From the IMG/VR virus record IMGVR_UViG_2758568729_000001, positions 64,001 through 128,000 of that record: a DNA stretch of 64,000 bases, one strand, 5' to 3'. The position numbers were made by a program, and so were the translations under genes. The notes under the pieces are model-generated. The model was not told where the DNA came from and did not search any database. It saw only the letters and a list, made by a program, of their open reading frames with translations. Source of the DNA: a virus. Taxonomy: Duplodnaviria; Caudoviricetes. Shown in pieces: positions 8,921-17,968 of the stretch (the first letter of the stretch is position 1; each line of letters opens with the position of its first letter).

Positions 8921-10060
8921 ATGACCGACCGTAAGCCCGTCACCGACGGCATACCCACTGACGTTGCCTGGCAGGAAGGCCGCCGCATCTACATCAGATG
9001 CGGCTACAACAGCAACCTGAACAAGCAACTCCTGGAAATCAACGCGAAGTGGGACGGCGACGTTGGCGCCCGGTACGTCGGCACCACCCGCCGAGACGCC
9101 GTGCTCCCACTGGTGCAAGCCCACGTCGAACGCATCGCCGCCGCGACCGCCATCAAGACCGCCGGCCGCTGGATCGCCATTCCGTACGAGGCCGAGGCGA
9201 TCCGGGAGCACGCCCAAAGCCTCGGCGGCAAGTACGACAAGCCGACCAAGCGGTGGGCAATGCCCAGCGCCGATACCCTGGCCGACGTTCACCAGCGCGT
9301 CCACGACTGGACCGCAGCGGTCGAGGCGAAGCGGCAAGCCGAACGAGAGGCCGAGAAGGAAGCGCGCGCGGCGGCCGAGCGTGAAGGTCGGGACGCAGCA
9401 GCCGCGGCCAAGGCATCCCGGGAAGAACGCCTGATCGCCTCGTCGGGGCGCACCATCATGGAGGATCGGGGACAGGTCCGATCGCAGCGCCTACACGGGT
9501 GGATGCGCCGGCCGGAAGCGGAGCAGCGCAAACCTCAACCCGGAGACGTCCGCAAACTGCGGGACGGCCGCCGGGTGCTCGTCCTGAACAGTGAGGTGTG
9601 GTTCGCCTCCCAGGACGCGATCGATGACGGGCTCGCGGCGGGCGTCAACCTGTGGGAGGACCCCGGCTGGTTCTACAACTACAACTTCGTTGTGGTGGAG
9701 CCGACCGCCGAGGAGGTCGAGGCTGACCGCCAGGAGAAAGCCGAGCAGGACGACCTGACCGAATTGGCGGAGGTCATGAAGCTTGCGGATCGCACCCCGC
9801 GCCAAGCTGTTGACTCGTTGACCAACCTGGAAGGGGCGACGATCACCGAGGACTCAGCCGGCGGGATGACCATCCACGGCGGGCAGATCACCGTCACCCC
9901 CACCGACGAGGTGTGGTACCAGCACCCGGGTTGGTACGACGACTATGTCCGTACAGAAGGCCGGGTGGATGATCCGGAGTTGATCGCGCGAGTGCGCGCC
10001 ATCATCGCCGGTGGAGACCGCCGCCGGGGAGCCTACGCGGTAAAGGAGTTCCAGCGGTGA
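8921..10060 (+). CDS. hypothetical protein with two DUF5710-like repeats and a coiled coil
   Basis: IxxxY...xAKWD / GGKYDKPTKRW duplicated motif. Confidence 0.6.
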   Translation: MTDRKPVTDGIPTDVAWQEGRRIYIRCGYNSNLNKQLLEINAKWDGDVGARYVGTTRRDAVLPLVQAHVERIAAATAIKTAGRWIAIPYEAEAIREHAQSLGGKYDKPTKRWAMPSADTLADVHQRVHDWTAAVEAKRQAEREAEKEARAAAEREGRDAAAAAKASREERLIASSGRTIMEDRGQVRSQRLHGWMRRPEAEQRKPQPGDVRKLRDGRRVLVLNSEVWFASQDAIDDGLAAGVNLWEDPGWFYNYNFVVVEPTAEEVEADRQEKAEQDDLTELAEVMKLADRTPRQAVDSLTNLEGATITEDSAGGMTIHGGQITVTPTDEVWYQHPGWYDDYVRTEGRVDDPELIARVRAIIAGGDRRRGAYAVKEFQR

Positions 10061-10590
10061 CGAAGCGCGAACCGGTGTCGGTAGATGAAGCCGACCCGGT
10101 AGGGGCCACGGAAATCGCCGAACGGGCCGGGGTGGGGCGGCCTGCTGTGGAGCGGTGGCAGGAGCGTCACGCCGACACGTGGCCCGAGCGCCGGTGGACG
10201 GTGGGCGGTCGGCCGGCGTGGGACTGGGCGGTGGACATCGTGCCGTGGCTGGAGGCGACGGGTCGGATCGAACCGCAAGTGCGATCCCGCTCCACCGCAG
10301 CGAACCGGCGACGCCGGCTGAGTATTGAGCGTTCGCCCGAGACGGCCCGACCTCGGATCCGCGCCGAGGTGATGGCGTACGACGAGCCGATGGACCAGCA
10401 GCGGTTGGACGGCGCCGCCGAGGTGGAGGCGATGGTCGACGAGATTCTTGCCGCATGGCTGGCCAACCCGGTCGGTCACCGCAACGGCCTGCGCGGGTTC
10501 ACCGAGCGCTGGTTGCGGGACCACTACGCGACCTGGCGAGCGCCGTCCCCGGCATCTACCCACGCGCAGACCGGAGGTCTTGAGGCATGA
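10057..10590 (+). CDS. AlpA/excisionase-like HTH protein
   Basis: VGATEIAERAGVGRPAVERW...WP....GGRPAWDW. Confidence 0.6.
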   Translation: MTKREPVSVDEADPVGATEIAERAGVGRPAVERWQERHADTWPERRWTVGGRPAWDWAVDIVPWLEATGRIEPQVRSRSTAANRRRRLSIERSPETARPRIRAEVMAYDEPMDQQRLDGAAEVEAMVDEILAAWLANPVGHRNGLRGFTERWLRDHYATWRAPSPASTHAQTGGLEA

Positions 10591-10955
10591 CAGCACCGAT
10601 CATCGTCAACGCGGTCGACGGGCACCCGGTCTGCGCCGGCCCCGCCGACACCATCCAGGCGGCCCTACGTGGGGCGCAGCCGCTCACCATCACCGGCAAG
10701 CACGCCACCGGCGACACCGTGTACCTCGCTCCGCGCGACGGCGCCGACATCGCCCGTACCGTGCCCCACCCGGTGCACGGTGACATCCACTACGCCTGGG
10801 TCGACACCGCCCGGATGGGCGACGCGCCACAGCTCTCCGAGTTGTACCGCGATCGGGCCGCTCAAGGCAGGATCGCTGCCATGCAAGCAGAGGACCGCGG
10901 CCGGGCGATGGTGCCGGCGTGCGACAACTGTGGGGAGTGCTCGCGCTGTGTCTGA
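10587..10955 (+). CDS. hypothetical protein (C-terminal CxxCxxCxxC)
   Basis: Coupled ORF with RBS. Confidence 0.55.
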   Translation: MTAPIIVNAVDGHPVCAGPADTIQAALRGAQPLTITGKHATGDTVYLAPRDGADIARTVPHPVHGDIHYAWVDTARMGDAPQLSELYRDRAAQGRIAAMQAEDRGRAMVPACDNCGECSRCV

Positions 10956-11385
10956 CCCGATCGAAGGACGGCTTGGAACCCTGGTGCTCGGGGGCTGGAT
11001 TGCGCCCGCACCGACAGGCCACGACGAGGCGTTCTTTCTCTTGACCACCCCCGACAAGCGGGCGGCGCTGACGATGCCCGTGGTCGCTGCGACCCTCGGG
11101 CTCGGTGCGGCCGGCACGGTGACCGAGCGCCCGGACCCGGAGGTGCGGGTCGAGATCGGGGCCGACGGGTGGGCCACCCTGCACACCCCCGGTGGCGAGC
11201 GCTTTACCCGGCCGGTCGCGGCAGAGTGGGCGCAGATCGCGCACGAGCGCGGGCAGGTAGTGCTGTGCGTCGGGATGGCGCCGATGCCGCCCGGGATGAA
11301 TGAGGACGCCTACACCGATCGGTACGGCGTCAAGATTGCACTCGGGCTTGTCCCAGCAGCGAGGGTGCCGGCGGGGGAGCGCTGA
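10948..11385 (+). CDS. hypothetical protein
   Basis: Coupled ORF; GTG start estimated. Confidence 0.55.
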   Translation: MSDPIEGRLGTLVLGGWIAPAPTGHDEAFFLLTTPDKRAALTMPVVAATLGLGAAGTVTERPDPEVRVEIGADGWATLHTPGGERFTRPVAAEWAQIAHERGQVVLCVGMAPMPPGMNEDAYTDRYGVKIALGLVPAARVPAGER

Positions 11386-11630
11386 TGGGATCACCGCCGG
11401 CCTACTGGGACCTTTCGGACCTGGCCGCTACCGGTGACCTCGCCAGCGAGTTCGAGGTCAACAACGCGACGATCTCGAACTGGGCGGCCCGCTACCCCGA
11501 CTTTCCTCGCCCCCTGGCCACGCTGTCGACCGGCCCGGTCTGGTCCCGGTGGATGGTCCGCCAGTGGCACGACAGCCGAGATTGGCAGCCGGGTCGGCCA
11601 CGTAAGCAGACACTTCCCGAGCCGGATTGA
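11385..11630 (+). CDS. AlpA/excisionase-like HTH protein
   Basis: DLASEFEVNNATISNWAARYPDFPRP...GPVW...VRQW. Confidence 0.65.
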   Translation: MGSPPAYWDLSDLAATGDLASEFEVNNATISNWAARYPDFPRPLATLSTGPVWSRWMVRQWHDSRDWQPGRPRKQTLPEPD

Positions 11631-11735
11631 CGACCACAGAGGAGACCACGATGGCCGCAGGGCCTACACCGGCATCAACGAGTGGCAGGACGTCATCCTG
11701 CCGGCCGGCTACGACGTTTCGGACGAGGTGAAGGC

Positions 11736-12248
11736 ATGAGCCTTATCGACAAGATCGAAGAGTTGGGTGCGGCCGTTGACGCCGGCCTACTCGACCGGGC
11801 CACCGCCGCGCACCAACTCGTCCAGTACAGCGACGGCGGTCTGACGCTCTACGGGGCCAAGGAGTCGATCGACAACTGGCAGACCCGCCGGGCCGCGTAC
11901 GCCGACATTTTCATGAACGCTGAGCTCGGGGTGGCCGCTGTTCAAGCGGGGCTGCGGCGAGGTGAGCAGCGGGCTACCGGGGCGGAAAACCCCGCCGGCG
12001 GCTTTGTGCTGGAGACGACGGACGAAGACCTGCTCGACTGGCTCACCAGCCCGAGCATGGGCACCAGCCTCGCCACCAGGTTTGGTGGCCAGCAGGTCGC
12101 TGAGCGGATCGACGGCGGCGCGAGAATCATCCGTTTGGATCTTCTTCGTGAACTCGGCCCGGACGAGGATGGCTCGATCACGGAGGAAGACGGGAGGTTG
12201 GCCATGTGGGTTGGGGGCAGCCCGTACCCGATCCGTGTCGACGCCTGA
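11736..12248 (+). CDS. hypothetical protein
   Basis: ORF with RBS, ending at the terminator. Confidence 0.55.
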   Translation: MSLIDKIEELGAAVDAGLLDRATAAHQLVQYSDGGLTLYGAKESIDNWQTRRAAYADIFMNAELGVAAVQAGLRRGEQRATGAENPAGGFVLETTDEDLLDWLTSPSMGTSLATRFGGQQVAERIDGGARIIRLDLLRELGPDEDGSITEEDGRLAMWVGGSPYPIRVDA

Positions 12249-12254
12249 CACGCG

Positions 12255-12290
12255 AAAGCGGCCCCGCACCTGACTGTGCGGGGCCGCTTT
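12255..12290. terminator. bidirectional intrinsic terminator
   Basis: AAAGCGGCCCCGCAC-N6-GTGCGGGGCCGCTTT between convergent genes. Confidence 0.8.
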
Positions 12291-12300
12291 GGGCGCGGGG

Positions 12301-12798
12301 TCAGAAAGGCCAGGTGCCGTTCCGCCGGGCTTCGAGGAGCGGGATCATGCCGAAGCCCTGATCGGTCAACCCCCCGAACGTGTGCCGGTTCGCCACCCCC
12401 GACGAGGCGTGGCCGTGCTGGTACCCGGCCAGGTTCCACGTGTACATCGGAACAGACTCCGGTACGGCCCGGTCGACCTCGCTCAAGTCCTGACCCGCCT
12501 GCTCATCGGTCAGGATGACCACCCGGTCGTGGCCGGCGAAGTGCTTGCGTACCGCAGCCGCGGTGGCCGTCCCGCCGCCGAGGAACCAGCCGCCGGACTT
12601 CCACCGGTCGATCGACCGAAGCAGCGACTCACCACCGGTCAGCGGGAACACCTTCGTGTGGGCCCCGGCGACATCACCCCAGTAGCGGGCGGTCGACGAG
12701 AACGACACCACCTCCGCGTTCTGGGCGCGCTGGGCGAGCGCCACCCCGAAGATTACGGCCGCGTCCCACCTCATCAGGGTGCCGTCCTTGCTGAACCC
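12301..12798 (-). pseudogene. 3' fragment of a TROVE/Ro60 (Rsr-like) gene, vWA C-terminal part
   Basis: GFSKDGTLMRWDAA, GGGTATAAAV, HDRVVILTDEQ, YTWNLAGY and TFGGLTD...IPLLE...WPF match actinobacterial TROVE C-termini; the DxSxS motif and HEAT ring are absent. Confidence 0.75.
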
Positions 12799-12845
12799 CT
12801 CGTTATCCCGCACCCGATCGAGGTGGCGTAACCCGGGCACGCCGA

Positions 12846-12890
12846 AACGGCCCCCACCCGGACCTCCGAAGAGGCCGAGTGGGGGCCGTT
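12846..12890 (-). terminator. terminator at the end of the late operon
   Basis: AACGGCCCCCAC...GTGGGGGCCGTT stem with a C(UUCG)G loop on the minus strand. Confidence 0.65.
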
Positions 12891-13273
12891 GCCTGCTGTG
12901 GCACCCGCAGGCTCGGTCACCAGGTTCACCGCTGGTGCGGTTGGCGCGGACGCACGTGGCTACGTCCGGTTGCGCCGCGAGGGCCCCATGTCCACGGCGG
13001 GGCCTCATTTTTAGGAGTAGGTGGCGGGTGGCCCTTCGCGTCCGGCTGTCGGCATCGCACCCGCGTGTTGGTGGCCCGTCCCCGTCCGGTTACCCGGCGC
13101 TTCTCGGCATCGCACCAACATGGTCGATGTTACGCCTTAGAGGGCGGCAGCGCCTGCGGGGATCGAGGCGATGACGCAGGCGAACGCGAGCCAACCGAGG
13201 TGCACTCGTCCGCCGACGCCGACTGCGTGGAGTACGGCCAGGACCACGGCGGCGGCGAGGAGCAGAACCGCGA

Positions 13274-13498
13274 TCACGGCCTCGCGTCCCCGGCGTAAGT
13301 CGGGTGCATGACGCATCCGCACGGGGTGGACACGATCATTGCGGGGATGCCCAGCGGCTTCGGGAAAGCCGTGTGCCGGCATTGCCAGCCGAGCGCCTTC
13401 GGGTCGTTGCTGCTCAGCCGGGCGAAAGTTACGGGTGCCGGTGCGGTGGCAGTCCGGTGTAGGTTCCGCTTGGCCCACCGGAGGAAGGTGTCGATCAC
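13274..13498 (-). CDS. hypothetical protein
   Basis: Coupled to the holin stop. Confidence 0.45.
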   Translation of the reverse strand: MIDTFLRWAKRNLHRTATAPAPVTFARLSSNDPKALGWQCRHTAFPKPLGIPAMIVSTPCGCVMHPTYAGDARP

Positions 13499-13956
13499 TG
13501 CGCCTGCCTGCGCTGGGTGCGTTCCAGCGCCTCAAGTGACACCTCGGTCGGCGTGAGGGTCATCGTGGGGGATGCCGCCGGTACGACACCGGTGGGGCGC
13601 GGGTCGGCGGCCGGTGTCGACTGCGGCCACACCACGATTGCGGTCATCAGGGCCACGGACGCGGCGGACAGGACACCGACCTGCGATTGGGTGAGGTCGA
13701 AGCCGTAGGTGCCGAGGAGGGTGGCGCCGGTGGTGATCAGGGTGGTGAAGATCGTGGGGGCGATCGGCCGGACCTTGAACGCGGTCCACACACCGGCGAG
13801 CGCGGTCAGGACGGCGGTGATCGCGCCGGACTGGTTGACGGTCAGGGCGTCTGGCATGAAGCCGATGACGACGGCGAGTACGGCTGCGATGGCGGCGATG
13901 ATGGTGGCCGGTTCGCGCCCGAAGATCGTGACCGGTTTGGGTGTTACGTCACTCAT
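13495..13956 (-). CDS. holin
   Basis: IFGREPA start motif, four hydrophobic helices, lysis-module position. Confidence 0.75.
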   Translation of the reverse strand: MSDVTPKPVTIFGREPATIIAAIAAVLAVVIGFMPDALTVNQSGAITAVLTALAGVWTAFKVRPIAPTIFTTLITTGATLLGTYGFDLTQSQVGVLSAASVALMTAIVVWPQSTPAADPRPTGVVPAASPTMTLTPTEVSLEALERTQRRQAQ

Positions 13957-14012
13957 GGTGGGCCTTTCAGGGTGTGCGGGATTCAGGAAAACAGCCGGCG
14001 TACGCTGCCCGG

Positions 14013-14426
14013 GTGAGCGAGCGGAAGCCGGCCGACTGGGGAAAGATCCGAGCCCGGCCAGGGCAGTGGGCGTGCCCGGCCGACGGGATCGTGGAACCGA
14101 GGCCCGAGCTCGTGCCGTCGTGCCCGTACTGCATGCGGGCCGTCCACCTCGCCCGGGTCGGCCCGAACGGGATGCTGGAATGGGTCGAACCGGCCCCGAA
14201 GACGTGCGGCTGCGGGCAACACCCGGTCCGGGCCGGTCACGTCCTGATCGGCACCTGGGCATGCACGTGCTCACCGACCGGCACCCACCGGACGTGGACC
14301 GTCGAGGGATGCGACCGGCCAGCAGAGTGGCCACCCCACGACCCGACCGGCGCGGCCCCGTTCTACGGGCCAGGGTCAGGGCCGGTCAGCAGCTCTGAGA
14401 CGGCGGCGGCGGCACCGGGTTACTGA
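14013..14426 (+). CDS. Cys-rich hypothetical protein on the opposite strand
   Basis: CPYC, CGC..H and CTC...H motifs; fills the gap in the lysis module. Confidence 0.45.
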   Translation: MSERKPADWGKIRARPGQWACPADGIVEPRPELVPSCPYCMRAVHLARVGPNGMLEWVEPAPKTCGCGQHPVRAGHVLIGTWACTCSPTGTHRTWTVEGCDRPAEWPPHDPTGAAPFYGPGSGPVSSSETAAAAPGY

Positions 14427-14877
14427 GCCGCGCCCGTTCGATCTCCGCCCGGCGATCGCTGTTCAGCCGGCGGGCCTCCGCGTTCTCGGCGCGCACATCG
14501 GCAACCTCGGTGCGCACCTTCAACAACGTCTCGAACGCAGTCAGGGTGGCCTGCCGGTCCTGCCCGGCCATCGCCTGCAACAGCACACCCAACGCGTCAT
14601 CGGCACGGGCCGTTGCCGCCCGGTCAACTTCGGCGATTTGCCGGTCGGCCAGGTCGATGGCCCGGTCCTCGGACGCCGCCTGCGCCCTAGCCGCGGTCGA
14701 CGACGCGGACGCCTCCGCGTACCGGGCGAGGCACCCGGACACCCGGGCGTACCCGACGACCAGGGCACCGATGATGAGCGCGTAGGCGATCATCCCGACC
14801 GTGATCGCCCGGACGGACCCGGGAGAGCCGAGCCACATCCACACCCGCCGCCGGCTGGCAGCACCGGGCACTGTCAT
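14386..14877 (-). CDS. membrane protein with coiled coil (lysis module)
   Basis: One TM helix, coiled coil, terminal Cys. Confidence 0.6.
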   Translation of the reverse strand: MTVPGAASRRRVWMWLGSPGSVRAITVGMIAYALIIGALVVGYARVSGCLARYAEASASSTAARAQAASEDRAIDLADRQIAEVDRAATARADDALGVLLQAMAGQDRQATLTAFETLLKVRTEVADVRAENAEARRLNSDRRAEIERARLSNPVPPPPSQSC

Positions 14878-15005
14878 TGTCGTCCCCCTTGCTGTCGGGC
14901 TTTTTGGTCGTAGGCGCGGCGGGCCGCCCGGCCGGTCATCCACCAGACGACACCGGAGGCGACGGCGAGGACGACGTAGACGGCTAGGTCGAGATCCGGG
15001 CTCAT
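14874..15005 (-). CDS. small membrane protein
   Basis: Single TM helix; coupled at both ends. Confidence 0.45.
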   Translation of the reverse strand: MSPDLDLAVYVVLAVASGVVWWMTGRAARRAYDQKARQQGGRQ

Positions 15006-15277
15006 GGGGTGGGCTCCGGGGGTTGGGGAATCGCGGGCGTGGCCGGTTCGATCGGCGGGGTTCCGACTGGTCCGGTCCGCTGCCAGGGGGTGTACAACGC
15101 GCTGTAAGGCGCCAACGGAATCCCCCAGAACCAAAATGGTGGCAGGGACTCCAGCACCTTGGCGCCGGAGCTAAAGAGCTGGATGACGGCTGCGCCGGCG
15201 TAGATGGTCCAGATGCCGAGGATGACCAGCATGATCAGGTCCCGGACCTGCTCGGCGCGGCTACGGGCGGTCGACAC
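15002..15277 (-). CDS. two-TM membrane protein (lysis module)
   Basis: Hydrophobic segments; RBS. Confidence 0.6.
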   Translation of the reverse strand: MSTARSRAEQVRDLIMLVILGIWTIYAGAAVIQLFSSGAKVLESLPPFWFWGIPLAPYSALYTPWQRTGPVGTPPIEPATPAIPQPPEPTP

Positions 15278-15409
15278 GGGGCCCCGCCTTCCGGGTTACG
15301 AGTGGGTTGGGCGGTGGTCAGCTCGCGCGGGGGTGGCCGCGACCCGGCGAAGCAGGAACGTCGTCTCGAACGGCTGCCTACCGGAGGTGACGAGGACGGG
15401 CGGCACCGA

Positions 15410-16333
15410 TCACCCGCCCGTTGGGGTGGCGCCGTCCACGGAACCGAGGACGGTGGTGAGTGCGGCGACGAGGTCGTCACGGTCTACGGGGCCCTGCTGC
15501 GGCAGCCGGGCCATGATGTCGGCGACGACGCCGCTGCGGATTTCCCTTGCCTGCTGGTCGATGCGGGCGAGGATCGCGGACTCGTCCACGCCGTCGCCGA
15601 GGTTCGCAACGATGACCGCCAACTTGTCGTGGATCTTGTAGAACTCCTCGCGGACGTCGGTACGGCCGCCCCCGTCACGCCGCTGGGCACCCTGCCACAG
15701 CAGGTAGCTGATGTCTTTGAGCCAGGTGTACACCTGCCGCTGTTCGGTCGCGCTCAACTCGGCCATGAAGTCCTCCTCGTCGTCGGTTGTCTGGCCGTCG
15801 CCTACGAGGGCGACGGCTTGCCGAAGGATCTCGGCCTTCTGCGCCTTGATCGCCGGTCCGGGGCACTGGGAGTGGCCCCAGTCGTAGCCGGACTCGGCGC
15901 CCATGCTGTGGTGACCCAAACCGCGCCCGGCCGGGCTGTTCGCGAGCTGCAACGGGATCCCGTGTTCGCGGTGAGCACGGGCCAGGATCTTCGCGTTGGC
16001 TGTCACCTGCGCTGGGGTGAGCGCACCGGGGATGAACCCCTCGTTTTCGATGCTCAGCCAGCTTGAGTTGCCCGTCCGCTGCGTCCACGCCCGCTCTGCG
16101 GTGTCGACCACCTGGGCGATCCGGCCGTCCTTGGCCACCACGAAGTGCGACGACACGTCGGCGGACGGGTTCTTCTGCCACGAGATGGTGCCCTCGAAGT
16201 AGCCCTCAGCGATGTGGATGATCACGCCCCGGTGTTCAGCCAGCCGGTCGGCCGCCTCACCGGTTTTGCCATCCCCGTCACCCGAGTTGACCGTTGCTCC
16301 CCGCCACTGGGCGAGGTCTGTCCAGCGCCCCAT
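15410..16333 (-). CDS. endolysin, N-acetylmuramoyl-L-alanine amidase (Amidase_2)
   Basis: IIHIAEG, SSHFVV, AW...GN...SIENEG and H...CPG motifs. Confidence 0.9.
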   Translation of the reverse strand: MGRWTDLAQWRGATVNSGDGDGKTGEAADRLAEHRGVIIHIAEGYFEGTISWQKNPSADVSSHFVVAKDGRIAQVVDTAERAWTQRTGNSSWLSIENEGFIPGALTPAQVTANAKILARAHREHGIPLQLANSPAGRGLGHHSMGAESGYDWGHSQCPGPAIKAQKAEILRQAVALVGDGQTTDDEEDFMAELSATEQRQVYTWLKDISYLLWQGAQRRDGGGRTDVREEFYKIHDKLAVIVANLGDGVDESAILARIDQQAREIRSGVVADIMARLPQQGPVDRDDLVAALTTVLGSVDGATPTGG

Positions 16334-16350
16334 GGCGCTCCTCCTTCGGG

Positions 16351-17019
16351 TTAGGTGCCGATCCAGGTGTCGTGCCAGTCGATCGGGGAGAGGACCACCC
16401 CAGTCACGCTGGCAGGGTCGACCGGGCCGATGAAAATGCGCGGGACCTCGGGGTCTACCGCCGCTTTCAGCCCGGTAGGCACGTAGTCGGATCCGGACCA
16501 GTACAGGACGTTCCCATTCGTCCCGGCGGGGCTGGTCCACCGCACACCGGACGGCTGCGCCGAGTCGGCGGTCAACACCTGCCCGTCGGACCCGACACTG
16601 ACCGGGGTCGGCACACCCGCTGAGGCGCCAACAAGGACAGTGCCTTGCTCGATGTACAACTCGGTCGTCACGAACCGGCCATCGAGGTCGTCCACGGATC
16701 CGATACCGACGGCGGACATGAGGACCCGGGGCCCGTCATCGCCCTGCGCCCACAACCGGTCCAACCCGTCCGGGCCGAAAAAGGTGGGGATCTGGCCTAC
16801 GCCGCGGCCGTCGCCGCCGAGAGACGAAACCACGGAGACGATGGGGGTGGTGCCGTCGGAGTCGAGGAGGTCGGTGAGTTGCGCCCCACCGGTCTCGGCG
16901 TTCCAGAAGGTAACCACGACACCACCGGCCAAGCCGACGATTTCGTCCTCACCGTCCACATTGTCGATCGCCGCGAACGTCCAGTCGGCGATGCCGCCAC
17001 CGAACTGAAAACGTGCCAT
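16351..17019 (-). CDS. minor tail / fibre-associated protein
   Basis: MARFQFGGG start and VGSDGQVLTADS fibre motif. Confidence 0.65.
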   Translation of the reverse strand: MARFQFGGGIADWTFAAIDNVDGEDEIVGLAGGVVVTFWNAETGGAQLTDLLDSDGTTPIVSVVSSLGGDGRGVGQIPTFFGPDGLDRLWAQGDDGPRVLMSAVGIGSVDDLDGRFVTTELYIEQGTVLVGASAGVPTPVSVGSDGQVLTADSAQPSGVRWTSPAGTNGNVLYWSGSDYVPTGLKAAVDPEVPRIFIGPVDPASVTGVVLSPIDWHDTWIGT

Positions 17020-17029
17020 TGGTAGCTCC

Positions 17030-17965
17030 TTACGAGGCGGCGGGGAACGACCCGGCGATCCACACCTGCGAGGTGCTGCCGAGGCCGCCGTGGGAGACGA
17101 GGGTGACGAGACCGTTGCTTGCGGTGACCATTGCGGCGGCGAGAGACCCGTTCGTGGCGGACACCATTCGCCCGAACACGGGGCGGTCGGCGCGGGGCCG
17201 GAAACCGGCCGGCAACTGGCACATGGACTGGGAAACACCGGATCCGAGCCCTGTGCCCGCACGCCCGTAGCAAAGGTTCACGAACACCGTGCCGCCGAGC
17301 CGGCAGACGGTCGACGCGAGCGTTGTCCACCCGGCACCGGGGGTCGCCGCCACGGGCACCTCACCGGTGTCCTGGTAGAGCACCGTCCACGCCAGCCCGG
17401 TCGATTGAAGTTGCCGGCCGGTGTCGGTCTCATACGCCAGGCGGCCCGGGTAGTGCGGTGGGCGCGTCGTCTGGGTGCACAGGATTTGCCCGTCGTCGCC
17501 GGCGTACCAGGCCAAGGGGACGACCCTGTTCGCCGCGATCGCGTTGACGCCGGGGTCGACGGCTACCCGAGCCAGGGGGATGTCAAAGAGAGAGTTGGTG
17601 TTCAGCGGCGCCGGCACACCTTGCCCGGGTGTACCGGTGATGACCGTCTCGTAGGCGCTGTAGTCGGCCCGGTTGAGCCGCACCACGATCAGGTCGATCC
17701 GCTGGGTGCCGCTCACATTCGCAGCCAGGGACGGCATGCTGATGTCGTCGGGACCGGAATCCCACAAGGTGCCGCGGAGGTTGACCCGGCGGTTCGCCCG
17801 GAGCTTGACGATCCTTGTCGCGGTGTTGTCCGCGTACGCCACAGGCGGGTCGGATGGCACCCCTTGCAGTCCGTCTGGTGCCCACGCATGCACCAGCCGT
17901 TCGTGTTCGAGCTCGGTGATGTGTCCACCGGCGTAGCCAGACCGGGGGTAGCTCTTACTGGCCAT
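17030..17965 (-). CDS. minor tail protein (baseplate/fibre base)
   Basis: RIDLIVVR, IPLARV and LPAGFRP motifs. Confidence 0.75.
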   Translation of the reverse strand: MASKSYPRSGYAGGHITELEHERLVHAWAPDGLQGVPSDPPVAYADNTATRIVKLRANRRVNLRGTLWDSGPDDISMPSLAANVSGTQRIDLIVVRLNRADYSAYETVITGTPGQGVPAPLNTNSLFDIPLARVAVDPGVNAIAANRVVPLAWYAGDDGQILCTQTTRPPHYPGRLAYETDTGRQLQSTGLAWTVLYQDTGEVPVAATPGAGWTTLASTVCRLGGTVFVNLCYGRAGTGLGSGVSQSMCQLPAGFRPRADRPVFGRMVSATNGSLAAAMVTASNGLVTLVSHGGLGSTSQVWIAGSFPAAS

Positions 17966-17968
17966 GTG

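Noticed and set aside
12900-13130. Possible Y RNA or other ncRNA beside the TROVE fragment (13-bp repeat TCGGCATCGCACC, hairpin at about 12979-13007)
   Set aside because: No T-arm or Ro-binding stem was recognisable; a covariance-model search is needed.
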